Source of the DNA: Bacteroidales bacterium
GTDB lineage: Bacteria > Bacteroidota > Bacteroidia > Bacteroidales > PUMT01
Direction: 5' to 3'
Assembly: GCA_007132365.1 (NCBI GenBank)
Contig: SLOS01000374.1
Span: forward strand, 1 to 34,480
Length of the DNA stretch: 34,480 nucleotides
In this document: in pieces, positions 9,922 through 20,183 of the stretch
Position numbering within the stretch: the first letter of the stretch is position 1
How the letters are laid out: each line of letters opens with the position of its first letter
Program-made: the position numbers and the translations under genes
Notes under the pieces: generated by a model
Told to the model about the DNA's origin: nothing
Databases searched by the model: none
What the model saw: the letters and a program-made list of their open reading frames with translations, nothing else

Positions 9922-10501
9922 TAAGGGGTTCCTGGTCAGTACAGTCAACCACTGTTGAAGGTATATTGTGTCCGTAACCACCATCTATTACCACATCGAC
10001 CAACTGCCCGAATTTCTCATGAATCAGCTCAGGATCAGTAGTGTATTCCAGCACCTGATCATCATCGTGTATTGAGGTTGTCAGAATTGGTTGCCCGAAA
10101 TTCTTTACTATTTCCAGAATTATATTATTCCCGGGTATACGTATCCCTACTGTTTTCTTATTGTTTTTGAACAGTTTGGGGACATTGTTGCTTGCAGGAA
10201 GTATAAAGGTAAAGGGTCCCGGGAGATTTTTTCTCAATAACTTGAATACAGAGCTTCCTATGGGCCTTGTATAATCTGAAAGATGCGAGAAATCATGGCA
10301 TATGAATGAAAAATTAGCATCTTTCATCCTTATTCCCTTAATTCTGGCCACCTTTTCAACTGCTTTTACATTGAAAATATCACATCCGAGTCCGTAAACC
10401 GTATCTGTAGGATAAATTACCAGTCCGCCATCACGAAGTATACCCACTACTTTTTGGATTGCCCGTGCACTTGGATTTGAGGGGTGTATCTTAAGGAGCA
10501 T
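9887..10501 (-). CDS. tsaC: L-threonylcarbamoyladenylate synthase (YrdC/TsaC single-domain type)
   Basis: The 204-aa product has YPTDTVYGLGCD, LPGPFTFIL, VGIRIP and STVVD, which are typical of the YrdC/Sua5 fold. Confidence 0.82.
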   Translation of the reverse strand: MLLKIHPSNPSARAIQKVVGILRDGGLVIYPTDTVYGLGCDIFNVKAVEKVARIKGIRMKDANFSFICHDFSHLSDYTRPIGSSVFKLLRKNLPGPFTFILPASNNVPKLFKNNKKTVGIRIPGNNIILEIVKNFGQPILTTSIHDDDQVLEYTTDPELIHEKFGQLVDVVIDGGYGHNIPSTVVDCTDQEPLIIRQGIGELKF

Positions 10502-10554
10502 ATAAATTATTTTTTTAATAAAACTCTGGAGTGCGCTTAAAATTTATAAAAAGT

Positions 10555-10651
10555 GGGTAAGCTACTTATATCGCACCGCTACAACCGTCTACCCTTGCTT
10601 CCTTCCGGACCTGGGGGAGTTTAACGGGAGCTGGTCGTATAAGACTTACCC
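10555..10651 (-). ncRNA. ffs: signal recognition particle RNA (small bacterial 4.5S type)
   Basis: The minus strand reads GGGTAAGTC...CCCAGGTCCGGAAGGAAGCAAGGGTAG...GCTTACCC. It contains the universal SRP domain-IV core AGGUCCGGAAGGAAGCA. The 5' GGGTAAG pairs with the 3' CTTACCC to close an approximately 97-nt hairpin. It sits in an otherwise empty 270-bp intergenic gap. Confidence 0.82.
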
Positions 10652-10655
10652 GGTG

Positions 10656-10663
10656 CAAAGGTA
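10656..10663 (-). promoter_or_regulatory. Bacteroidota sigma-A type -7 box (TAnnTTTG) for ffs
   Basis: The minus strand reads TACCTTTG-cacc-GGGTAAG. That is an exact TAnnTTTG match 4 nt upstream of the predicted RNA 5' end. Confidence 0.5.
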
Positions 10664-10774
10664 GTAAAACAGAGATATTTTTCCAATTTTAAGGCTTTCA
10701 ATATTCAAAAAACCAATATATTTACCCTGTAAACCAAAATTTATATTTGTTTAAAATCACAAAAATGATCAAAT

Positions 10775-11311
10775 ATGGAAGAGAATAAACAACCCGCGTT
10801 GATCAAAAGTACTATGAATTATGGTGCAATGCTGGGACTGGCTCTTGTAATCTATACGATTCTTCTCTGGATGATGGATGCATTGGCCAGAACAGGCCTT
10901 GCCTCTGTAAGCTATATAATTATGATAGCAGGTATTGTATTTGCCACCAAAACATTTCGTGACCAGGAACAGGGAGGATTCATTACTTATAGCCGTGCTT
11001 TGGGCGTCGGAACCCTGACCTGTGTTTTTGCCGGGGTAATTACAGCATTTTTTACCTATTTGTTGTATACAGTCATTGATCCCGGACTTATTGATAAAAC
11101 CTATGCTACAATGGAGCAGGCATACTATGATGCAGGCATGACCGACAGCCAGATAGAGATGGCCATGAGCATGGCAAAACGCTTTACCAATCCGGTTATG
11201 ATGTCGGTTCTGGGTTTCCTTGGCAGTGCATTTATGGGTTTCATATTTTCACTGATAACATCCATTTTCCTGAAAAAAGAGGAAGATCCCTTTGAACCTG
11301 ACACAGTTTAA
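10775..11311 (+). CDS. DUF4199-type membrane protein
   Basis: The 178-aa product has 4 predicted TM helices. Its layout (N-terminal MNYGAMLGLALVIY..., central soluble loop, C-terminal TM pair) matches the Bacteroidota DUF4199 family, which commonly precedes a GT2 gene. Confidence 0.65.
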   Translation: MEENKQPALIKSTMNYGAMLGLALVIYTILLWMMDALARTGLASVSYIIMIAGIVFATKTFRDQEQGGFITYSRALGVGTLTCVFAGVITAFFTYLLYTVIDPGLIDKTYATMEQAYYDAGMTDSQIEMAMSMAKRFTNPVMMSVLGFLGSAFMGFIFSLITSIFLKKEEDPFEPDTV

Positions 11312-11332
11312 TCCCTGTTAAATGGATTTATA

Positions 11333-12286
11333 ATGGATATTTCTGTTGTCATACCCCTTTTCAATGAAGAGGAGTCACTTTCTGAGCTTGCGGACCTGAT
11401 AGAAGGGATAATGGCGAGGAATTCACTCTCTTATGAGATTATACTGGTTGATGACGGGAGCACCGACAGATCATGGGAGGTTATCGAAAGGCTTGCTGAC
11501 GGCAACGGGTCAGTAAAGGCCATGCGTTTCAGACGTAATTATGGTAAATCAGCTGCATTGTACTCCGGATTCATGTTATCGGAAGGAGATGTAGTAATAA
11601 CTATGGATGCTGACCTGCAGGATGATCCTGACGAGATACCCTCATTATACAGGATGATAAAGACTGAGGGCTTTGATCTTGTTTCGGGCTGGAAGAAAAA
11701 GAGATATGATCCTCTAAGCAAGAGAGTTCCCAGCCGGTTATTCAATTTTACGGCCAGGTTTGTTACAGGGATCAGGTTACATGATTTTAATTGCGGACTT
11801 AAGGCTTACAGGAAGGAGGTTGTTAAAAATATTGAGGTATACGGAGAGATGCACCGGTATATTCCTATGCTGGTCAGAGATGCCGGATATACTAATATCG
11901 GAGAAAAGGTTGTGAAACATCATAAACGCAAATACGGGGTGACAAAGTTCGGGATGGAGCGTTTCATAAAGGGCTTTCTTGACCTTCTGTCACTTTCATT
12001 TGTTGCAAGGTTCGGTAAGAGACCCATGCACCTGTTCGGCACTCTTGGCACCCTGATGTTCATTGTCGGCTTTATTGCAGCGGCTTATCTCGGGGGTTCA
12101 AAACTTTTTTATTTGAGCAAAGGAATCAGGATCGGGCTTGTAACTGAAAGTCCCTATTTCTATCTTTCCCTGACAGCAATGATACTGGGTACCCAGCTTT
12201 TTCTTGCAGGATTTATAGGGGAGCTTATCACGAGGAATTCACCATTCAAGAATTCCTACGAAATAGAGAAAAAAATAAATATTTAA
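11333..12286 (+). CDS. family 2 glycosyltransferase, polyprenyl-phosphate sugar transferase type (GtrB/DPM1/ArnC-like) with two C-terminal TM helices
   Basis: GT-A fold motifs are present: VVIPLFNEEESL, VDDGSTD and DADLQDDP (DxD). A C-terminal hydrophobic pair follows. Confidence 0.85.
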   Translation: MDISVVIPLFNEEESLSELADLIEGIMARNSLSYEIILVDDGSTDRSWEVIERLADGNGSVKAMRFRRNYGKSAALYSGFMLSEGDVVITMDADLQDDPDEIPSLYRMIKTEGFDLVSGWKKKRYDPLSKRVPSRLFNFTARFVTGIRLHDFNCGLKAYRKEVVKNIEVYGEMHRYIPMLVRDAGYTNIGEKVVKHHKRKYGVTKFGMERFIKGFLDLLSLSFVARFGKRPMHLFGTLGTLMFIVGFIAAAYLGGSKLFYLSKGIRIGLVTESPYFYLSLTAMILGTQLFLAGFIGELITRNSPFKNSYEIEKKINI

Positions 12287-12289
12287 ATC

Positions 12290-13423
12290 TTGAAGATACT
12301 TCTTGTCGGACCTGCATCACCTTTAAGAGGAGGTATTGCCAATTTCAATGATTCACTTTTTGCCGCATTGGATAAAAAACATGATGCCCATATCATTGGT
12401 TTCTCATTACAATATCCTTCGCTTTTTTTCCCGGGAAGAACTCAATATGAGAACATTACGTCCGGGAGCGAAATCCAATCAATAAACCTCATAAACTCCA
12501 TTAATCCTTTCAGCTGGCGTTCTGCGGCAGAAAGGATAGCGAAAATGAAACCCGACTGCCTTGTTGTTCATTATTGGATGCCTTTTTTTGCTCCTGCCCT
12601 TGGTTCAATAATAAGGCAGGTTAAAAGGAAAATCAGGGTAAAAGTTATCGGTCTTTTACATAATGTTGAACCTCACGAAGGTATGCTGGCAGGCAAAAGG
12701 CTTGGCAGGTATTTCTTTGATTCATGTGACGGATTTATTGCCATGTCGTCAACGGTGCTCGCGGATCTTAAAAAGTACGGCATCAACAGGCCGGCATTAC
12801 AGATTCCACATCCTGTCTATGATATTTTCGGTGAACCGGTTTCCCGTCAGTTTGCCTGTGAAAATCTCGGACTCAATTGTGATCAGAAACATCTTTTGTT
12901 TTTCGGGATCATCAGGAGATACAAAGGACTGGATCTTTTGCTTGAGGCATTTGCCAGTCCCAGGTTAAGCAACCTTAACCTGAAATTAATTGTTGCCGGA
13001 GAATTCTACGAACAGGAGGACAGGTACATTGATCTGGTTCAGAGGCTTGGTCTGAAACACAGGATCGTTTTTACCAGAGGTTTTGTGCCGAAAAATAAAG
13101 TGGCTCAATATTTTGCAGCATCTGATCTTATAGTTCTTCCTTATCTTACGGCGACTCAGAGTGGTGTAACCCAGATCGCATATCATTTCAATAAACCGAT
13201 GCTGGTGACAAATGTCGGCGGACTGAAGGAAGTGGTTGCCAACGGAAAAGTTGGATATGTTTGTGAAAAAGATCCTGATGAGATCGCGGCTGCCATTGCC
13301 GACTTTTTTGAAAACAGCCGTTCATCCCTGTTTATTGAAAACATAAAAACAGAAAAGAAAAGGTTTTCATGGGATGCAATGGTAACGGGGATCGAGGTGC
13401 TATATAAGGAGATAAACATTTGA
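12290..13423 (+). CDS. family 4 (GT-B) glycosyltransferase
   Basis: It begins MKILLVGP and has a GT-B C-terminal domain (GIIRRYKGLD..., ASDLIVLPY, PMLVTNVGGLKEVV). The apparent start is a TTG 3 nt after the GT2 stop. Confidence 0.8.
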   Translation: MKILLVGPASPLRGGIANFNDSLFAALDKKHDAHIIGFSLQYPSLFFPGRTQYENITSGSEIQSINLINSINPFSWRSAAERIAKMKPDCLVVHYWMPFFAPALGSIIRQVKRKIRVKVIGLLHNVEPHEGMLAGKRLGRYFFDSCDGFIAMSSTVLADLKKYGINRPALQIPHPVYDIFGEPVSRQFACENLGLNCDQKHLLFFGIIRRYKGLDLLLEAFASPRLSNLNLKLIVAGEFYEQEDRYIDLVQRLGLKHRIVFTRGFVPKNKVAQYFAASDLIVLPYLTATQSGVTQIAYHFNKPMLVTNVGGLKEVVANGKVGYVCEKDPDEIAAAIADFFENSRSSLFIENIKTEKKRFSWDAMVTGIEVLYKEINI

Positions 13424-13429
13424 CCGGCT

Positions 13430-13912
13430 TCAGCCTTTGCCTGTCTTGAATTTATTTCGCAATATCTCTGCTACAACCTTATCAACAGGGAAAGTCAGGT
13501 CATCACTTGTAAGCTCATTTATATCTTTCCAGCGGAAGGACTGGCTGCCATCTATCAGTTCAGGAAAATCAAAAGGCTTTCCGGCTATATTGAATGAGAC
13601 GGGATCAGGCAGACTGATCCTGTAGTAAATGCTGATTAATTGATGATTGTCAAAAAACATCGCCTCCTGGTAAAAACCGGTTGTGTAAAAATGGCTTATT
13701 ATATCCACCGGCTGACCAAATTCCTCAATTGCTTCCCGGCGTATACAATCTTCCGGTCCTTCCCCAAACTTCAGTCCGCCACCGGGGAACTTCGTCATTT
13801 CCATACCAAACCTGTATTCATCACTGAGCAGAACTTCTTTCCGGTCGTTGATCAGAATACCATAAACCCTTATCACAAATTTTCCGGTATTATGTCTGGC
13901 ATCCATCTGCAT
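13430..13912 (-). CDS. NUDIX hydrolase
   Basis: The Nudix box GGGLKFGEGPEDCIRREAIEEFG matches Gx5Ex7REUxEExGU. Confidence 0.82.
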   Translation of the reverse strand: MQMDARHNTGKFVIRVYGILINDRKEVLLSDEYRFGMEMTKFPGGGLKFGEGPEDCIRREAIEEFGQPVDIISHFYTTGFYQEAMFFDNHQLISIYYRISLPDPVSFNIAGKPFDFPELIDGSQSFRWKDINELTSDDLTFPVDKVVAEILRNKFKTGKG

Positions 13913-13950
13913 TAATTAACCTGTTAATGTTAATATTATTTGTCCGTCAT

Positions 13951-14883
13951 TTAGAAGTTATTTCGTGATATCCCGGTTCGATTTCTGATTACATCAAGTA
14001 TTTTTATCATGTCATCAGGATGAAACCATTGTATATCCTTGTCTTTTGACAACCAGGTAAGTTGTCTTTTCGCATATCTTCTGCTGTTTCGTTTAATCAG
14101 TTCCACTGCTTTATCAAAGGTGGTATGACCATCGAGATAATCAAAGAGTTCTTTGTAACCAACAGTGTTCAATGCGTTCAGGTGCCTGAAAGGGTAAAGG
14201 CCCTCTGCCTCATTAAGCAATCCTTTCTCTATCATCGCATCCACCCGTGAATTGATGATTTCATATAATTCTTTCCTGGCCAGGTTAAGACCTGTTTTAA
14301 CAATATTAAAATTTCTTTCTGTTTTTTTCCCTGTAAGAAATGATGAATAGGGCTTACCAGTCATAAGGCTTATTTCCAAAGCTTTTAAAATGCGATTTGG
14401 GTTTTTAAGATCCACAACCCTGTAATGTTCCGGATCGAGTTTTTTCAATTTGGATCTGAGCCAGATAATTCCATGTGAACGGTATTTTGCCGTCAGTTCC
14501 TCCCGGAGTTCATTATCAACTGAAGGCAGGTCATCAATACCCCGGCAGACTGCATCTATGTAAAGTCCTGACCCGCCAGCCATGAAAACAATCTTTTCGG
14601 TTTCAAATAATTTTTCCAGCAGCTCCAGGCAATCCCTTTCAAACATGCTGGCGTTATAGTAATCATGTATTGAAAGATTACCTATGAAATAGTGGTTTAC
14701 TTTTTTTAGTTGATGCAGGGAAGGTACAGCAGTACCAATATTCATTTCCCTGTACATCTGGCGGGAATCGGCCGAAATTACAGGAGAGTTAAAGGTTGAT
14801 GCAAGTTCTGTGCAAATCCTTGTTTTGCCGACTCCTGTCGGACCGGTAATTACGATAAGGTATGGCCGGAGTCTTTTTTGCAA
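13951..14883 (-). CDS. miaA: tRNA dimethylallyltransferase
   Basis: It has the P-loop ITGPTGVGKT, then ISADSRQMYREMNIGTA and a C-terminal RRYAKRQLTW. The start is an apparent TTG. Confidence 0.92.
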   Translation of the reverse strand: MQKRLRPYLIVITGPTGVGKTRICTELASTFNSPVISADSRQMYREMNIGTAVPSLHQLKKVNHYFIGNLSIHDYYNASMFERDCLELLEKLFETEKIVFMAGGSGLYIDAVCRGIDDLPSVDNELREELTAKYRSHGIIWLRSKLKKLDPEHYRVVDLKNPNRILKALEISLMTGKPYSSFLTGKKTERNFNIVKTGLNLARKELYEIINSRVDAMIEKGLLNEAEGLYPFRHLNALNTVGYKELFDYLDGHTTFDKAVELIKRNSRRYAKRQLTWLSKDKDIQWFHPDDMIKILDVIRNRTGISRNNF

Positions 14884-14904
14884 CTGACTGCTGAATATTA
14901 GATT

Positions 14905-15342
14905 TCAGATATCGGTAATGTCTTTGTCTTCAATAACTAGTTGGTCAGGAGGGTTACCCCTGCCTGCTGTGCACTCTGGATATTTTTTATTCTTTTCTTC
15001 AGGGTTTTTTGATAAAAGTTCAATATAAAAGGCGCGATCGGAAAAGAAATCAAAAACATACAGAAGGCGTTGTTTCTCCTCAGAGAGCAGTTCGCACAAC
15101 TGTGTGCTATCCATTATTATTACAGGAGTGAAGGTATCATCTGTCATATCGAACAGATTTATTTCCAATCCTTTTTCCCACTTATTATTGGCAAGATAGA
15201 AAGAAGCCATCTGGTTATTGTCATATCCCAGCTCTTCCTGGATTGCATTGTGGAAATCAAAAAAGGTCTGATTGTCTTTTATTTCAAATTCCCTGAAAAA
15301 TGGCTCTTTCCCCGTACCAACAAGTCTGAACTTAAAAACCAT
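14905..15342 (-). CDS. small pRiA4b ORF-3-like (MM3350-like) domain protein
   Basis: The N-terminus MVFKFRLVGTGKEPFFREFEIKDNQTFFDFHNAIQEELGY... resembles the conserved Bacteroidota protein family that is annotated with this domain. This call is from memory only. Confidence 0.5.
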   Translation of the reverse strand: MVFKFRLVGTGKEPFFREFEIKDNQTFFDFHNAIQEELGYDNNQMASFYLANNKWEKGLEINLFDMTDDTFTPVIIMDSTQLCELLSEEKQRLLYVFDFFSDRAFYIELLSKNPEEKNKKYPECTAGRGNPPDQLVIEDKDITDI

Positions 15343-15348
15343 AAGCCT

Positions 15349-16428
15349 TTAAAGATTAAATAGAAATTCGAGAGTATCCACATTATCAGCATAATCATTC
15401 AGCGCCGGCTCCTGTGCTTTGCCAAATGGCACAATATTATCCGCCAGAGATTGCTTTCCGACCAGGCATTGCAGTTTTTCATTATCTTTTCGGGCAATTA
15501 TAAGGGCAGATTCCGGACTGTCTGCTTTCTCATAATTGAGAACCGAAATAGGAGAGGATAGAGAGGAATCTTCCCTGATCACTATAAAGCCTGTATCCAG
15601 ATGAGGAATTTGGTCAATAAGATGAATGGCCCTCTGATATTCATAATTGTTAGCCCATTGATTGTGGTTGATAATATGGCTGTATTTATTGAATGCTACC
15701 AGAAGAGCTTCAAAATCATAATCCGGCGGAACAAAAATTTTTGAGACACTTCTGCAACCCAGCCCGAAATACCTGAAAACATCATCTGCCAGCCCTTCCA
15801 GATCCCCGGTTGTTTCTGAACCGTCAAGTATGGCTGCTGAGTTCCGGTTTTTCCGGATGATGTTGGGATATTTTCCGAAATAGTATTCAAAATACCTGGC
15901 TGTGTTATCACTGCCGGTTGCAATGACAGCATCAAAATCTTTCAGTCTACCATCTGCAAAACTTATTTTTCCATTGAACTCACCATTGATAAATGAAATC
16001 ACTTCCGCAATCATCTTCAGCATCTGGTCATCTTTAACTGAAAGCTTGGCCAGAAGATTATGACCTGAGATCAGAACGCTCATCATATCATGAAAGCCAA
16101 CCATAGGGATATTGCCTGCCATGATCACTGCAATGGTTTTGGGATCTGCCGGGGATGAAGGTTCAGCGTAGCAGCTGAGCCATGATACAAGAGACTCAGC
16201 GTTTAGTGATCTGCTTGTAGTCCCCAGTGCAAGACGCATATTATCTTCAGTAAACCAGGGATTATGAATATGGCTGCTTTGAATGATTGATTCCATTGGC
16301 CGGAAGAACTGATCATTAAGCTCTTCCAGCCATGGCATCAAAGATTCTGTCTGTCCTCCTGTACTGCTGAATTGATCAAGAAATATACCAAGTTTTTCAA
16401 ACGTCTTTATTTTATCTGTAAGCATCAT
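15349..16428 (-). CDS. LuxC-like acyl-CoA reductase family protein
   Basis: The approximately 359-aa product carries AVIMAGNIPMVGFHD and a downstream GLGCRSVSKIFVP. Both are typical of the Bacteroidota 'acyl-CoA reductase' (LuxC, PF05893-like) family. Confidence 0.68.
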   Translation of the reverse strand: MMLTDKIKTFEKLGIFLDQFSSTGGQTESLMPWLEELNDQFFRPMESIIQSSHIHNPWFTEDNMRLALGTTSRSLNAESLVSWLSCYAEPSSPADPKTIAVIMAGNIPMVGFHDMMSVLISGHNLLAKLSVKDDQMLKMIAEVISFINGEFNGKISFADGRLKDFDAVIATGSDNTARYFEYYFGKYPNIIRKNRNSAAILDGSETTGDLEGLADDVFRYFGLGCRSVSKIFVPPDYDFEALLVAFNKYSHIINHNQWANNYEYQRAIHLIDQIPHLDTGFIVIREDSSLSSPISVLNYEKADSPESALIIARKDNEKLQCLVGKQSLADNIVPFGKAQEPALNDYADNVDTLEFLFNL

Positions 16429-16468
16429 AATAATTAGCAGTGCGAAGTCACTTCATTAACAATATGGA

Positions 16469-16840
16469 CTAAAAATTACTGAAAATTTCTTCCCATGGAA
16501 AGAAATGCATAAAGCCTGTTCCGATCGCAAGCCCGATTATGCCGATCAGGAGGCCGGCGCCTGCCAGAATTGTCCCTATCAGTGCGCATATCCACCCGGC
16601 ATTCAGGTTTTTATAGGAAGATACCGAATAGCGATCCGGGTCTTCTTTGTAAAGTTTTTTGGATTTTGACCCGAGTATCAGTGCTATTATACCCAGAACC
16701 AGGCCGATACCCCAGCAACACCAGAAAAGTATTGAAAGAATACCCAGTACCAGGACTGCGGTTGCATTGGGAACAGTTTCCCTGGCAGTTGTTTCTTTAT
16801 TTTCCTTGCTTTCTTCGGAGGGTTGAATTGTTTCACTCAT
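16469..16840 (-). CDS. CCC-motif / DUF4190-like small membrane protein
   Basis: There are two TM hairpins with the LFWCCWGIGLVLGIIALILG motif and a charged N-terminal tail. Confidence 0.62.
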   Translation of the reverse strand: MSETIQPSEESKENKETTARETVPNATAVLVLGILSILFWCCWGIGLVLGIIALILGSKSKKLYKEDPDRYSVSSYKNLNAGWICALIGTILAGAGLLIGIIGLAIGTGFMHFFPWEEIFSNF

Positions 16841-16850
16841 AATAATAAAT

Positions 16851-17153
16851 TTAAGGGGTTAATAACTTATAAATATAATTTAAAACCATGATAAGCGCAT
16901 TGCAGATAAACAAAATTTTTATATAAAGCGCGCCATGCTTTAATTTAAAAATAAGATGGATGACAAGGAGCAGGATAAGCAGTATTCCTGGCAGGAGGGC
17001 AGGGAATATTGCAATTGACTCGAGGATGTTCCCTTTAAGTAACTCAATGAATGCCCTTTGTGTGCCACATCCCGGACATTCGGCACCCAGAAATTTTACA
17101 TAGAGGCATGGCTGGGTAACAGATTCAAGCCAGCCTATGAGTTTTTGAAACAT
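16851..17153 (-). CDS. DUF2752 membrane protein
   Basis: The N-terminal CPGCGTQRA motif is followed by two TM helices, and the product is 100 aa. Confidence 0.62.
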   Translation of the reverse strand: MFQKLIGWLESVTQPCLYVKFLGAECPGCGTQRAFIELLKGNILESIAIFPALLPGILLILLLVIHLIFKLKHGALYIKILFICNALIMVLNYIYKLLTP

Positions 17154-17350
17154 TACATTAAATTTTACAACCGGAAAATTAGATAATTATGCGAGAAAAA
17201 AAAAACCGTTATCATTTTTAATCCGGCATATCTTCAACTATGAAAAAAAGAAAACAGGCCGGTTAAAATATTATTATATATTGAACAAATAAATTAATTT
17301 TGTTGTCATGACCATGGATCCGGCACGGGTTTATTTTAAAATTTGAAGTT

Positions 17351-18607
17351 ATGGGGAGTATCATAAGGCTTGGATTATTGTTCTGGGAGAACATTCGAAT
17401 CTCATTTCAGTCAATACTTTCAAGTAAGCTCCGGACAATTCTGACTGTATTCATTATTGCTTTTGGCATAATGGCGTTAGTTGGTATTCTTACCGCCATT
17501 GATGCTATAAAGGCCTCTATCAGTACCTCTTTTATGAGTATGGGAGCTAATACTTTTTTGATTGAGGGACGCAATGTGACGAGGATTGCATCAGACAGGC
17601 AACCGGTAAGGAATTATGCTTTCATCAGTTACAGGGAGGCCAATACTTTTAAGGAGAATTTTGAATTTCCTGCCAATATTTCGGTTTTTATAACAGCTTC
17701 CGGTAGTGCAGCAATAAGCCATGGTTCGAAGAAAAGCAATCCTAATGTAACTGTTGTAGGCACAGATGAGGAATATTTATTGACTGCCGGCTATGAGATA
17801 GAGAGGGGAAGAAACTTTACCCACAATGATATAGAGATGAACCGTCATCTCGCCATAATTGGCAGGGAGGTTGTCAACAATATTTTTGATGCAGGTGAGG
17901 ACCCTCTTGACAAAATAATTACTGTAGGAAGCGGTAATTACAGAATTATTGGAATTCTGAAGGAAAAAGGAACCACATTCGGTGGGGGAGGTGACAATAT
18001 ATGCATTCTGCCGGTAACAAATGTCAGGCAATATTTTTCCCGCCCCAGGATGAATTACAGGATAAACGTTATGCCTTCGAGTCCCCACCTTCTAGAAATT
18101 GCAGTCAGTGAGGCAGAAGGGGTCTTCAGGCAGGTTCGGGGACTAAGGCCCGGTGATGAATCTGATTTCAGGATCACCAAGAGTGATAACCTTGCCAACA
18201 TGGTCATAGAAAACCTTCGCTATGTTACTATAGCTGCCACACTTATTGGTATTATAACCCTTTTTGGAGCCGCGGTTGGGCTTATGAATATCATGCTTGT
18301 TTCTGTCACAGAGCGAACCAGGGAAATCGGGATCAGAAAAGCCATGGGTGCCAAGAGTTCCTATATAAAGCACCAGTTTTTGTTTGAGGCAGTTATTATC
18401 GGACAGCTTGGTGGTTTTGTAGGCATTCTTCTGGGCATATTGATTGGCAACCTGGTATCTCTTTTAACCGGGTCACCCTTTGTGGTTCCATGGATATGGA
18501 TCATTTCCGGAGTCTTGCTATGCTTCATAGTAGGCCTTTCATCCGGATATTTCCCGGCTGTTAAAGCTTCAAAGCTAGACCCCATTGTTGCACTCAGATA
18601 TGAATAA
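17351..18607 (+). CDS. ABC transporter permease, MacB/FtsX family
   Basis: An N-terminal TM helix is followed by a large periplasmic domain and a C-terminal FtsX 3-TM bundle. The signature ERTREIGIRKAMGA is present. No ATPase gene is adjacent. Confidence 0.88.
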   Translation: MGSIIRLGLLFWENIRISFQSILSSKLRTILTVFIIAFGIMALVGILTAIDAIKASISTSFMSMGANTFLIEGRNVTRIASDRQPVRNYAFISYREANTFKENFEFPANISVFITASGSAAISHGSKKSNPNVTVVGTDEEYLLTAGYEIERGRNFTHNDIEMNRHLAIIGREVVNNIFDAGEDPLDKIITVGSGNYRIIGILKEKGTTFGGGGDNICILPVTNVRQYFSRPRMNYRINVMPSSPHLLEIAVSEAEGVFRQVRGLRPGDESDFRITKSDNLANMVIENLRYVTIAATLIGIITLFGAAVGLMNIMLVSVTERTREIGIRKAMGAKSSYIKHQFLFEAVIIGQLGGFVGILLGILIGNLVSLLTGSPFVVPWIWIISGVLLCFIVGLSSGYFPAVKASKLDPIVALRYE

Positions 18608-18624
18608 AACCAAAATCAGATCCT

Positions 18625-19011
18625 ATGAAACCGGAAGTCCTGAGAATTGAAAAAGAACAGAAAACCCCTTTTATTGAACTTGATCCATTTGAGGGCGTAT
18701 TGACGATTGAGGGCCGTTCAATACCTGAGGATCCTGAAGCATTTTATAATAATGTTTATACAAATATGCTTGAATATTATAAATCTCCCCGGAAACTCAC
18801 CACCTTTAATTTTCAGTTTGAATATATTAACTCCGGTTCATCCAAATTCATACTGAAATTTTTTCTGCTTATAAAGCAACAATATGATGCCGGTAATGAC
18901 TGTGTGGTTAACTGGCACTATGAGGAGGATGATGAGAATATCCTGGATCTGGGCCGGCATTATAAAAATACGTTTAAACTCCCGTTTAAATTTATTGAAA
19001 TATACGGTTAG
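18625..19011 (+). CDS. DUF1987 / SiaC-like small regulatory protein
   Basis: The 128-aa product matches the DUF1987 pattern: TPFIELDPFEGVLTIEGRSIPEDPEAFY, FNFQFEYINSGSSKFI, and NWHYEEDDENILDLG...LPFKFIE. Confidence 0.7.
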   Translation: MKPEVLRIEKEQKTPFIELDPFEGVLTIEGRSIPEDPEAFYNNVYTNMLEYYKSPRKLTTFNFQFEYINSGSSKFILKFFLLIKQQYDAGNDCVVNWHYEEDDENILDLGRHYKNTFKLPFKFIEIYG

Positions 19012-19033
19012 CCTGTCAGGTATCCTGACAGGC
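19011..19033 (+). terminator. perfect 10-bp hairpin at the stop codon of the DUF1987 gene (no U-tract)
   Basis: The sequence is GCCTGTCAGG-tat-CCTGACAGGC. No T-run follows, so it may be an RNA-stability or processing element rather than an intrinsic terminator. Confidence 0.3.
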
Positions 19034-19092
19034 AACTTCGGTTACTTAGGTTTTTCAGGTTAAATGTCTCCTGACCTTTCTGAAGGACTAAC

Positions 19093-19127
19093 AAAAAGAG
19101 GCTGTCTCCCGGAGACAGCCTCTTTTT
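19093..19127. terminator. bidirectional rho-independent terminator between the DUF1987 gene and gapA
   Basis: AAAAAGAGGCTGTCTCC-c-GGAGACAGCCTCTTTTT is a near-perfect long GC-rich palindrome. It has an A-run on one side and a T-run on the other, between convergent genes. Confidence 0.78.
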
Positions 19128-19148
19128 GAATTATTCGGGGTGGTTCTG

Positions 19149-20183
<1,035 letters not shown>

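Noticed and set aside
14905-15342. Possible evidence of a mobile element, because the domain family is named after 'IS1096 passenger / pRiA4b ORF-3'.
   Set aside because: I saw no transposase, integrase, inverted terminal repeats or target duplications nearby. The gene sits in a conserved-looking miaA/LuxC-like housekeeping context.
17154-17350. An AT-rich 197-bp gap and the 230-bp gap at 20154-20384, inspected for tRNA, riboswitch or sRNA signatures.
   Set aside because: I found no cloverleaf-compatible stems, no conserved riboswitch cores and no strong hairpins. They are most likely ordinary divergent promoter regions.
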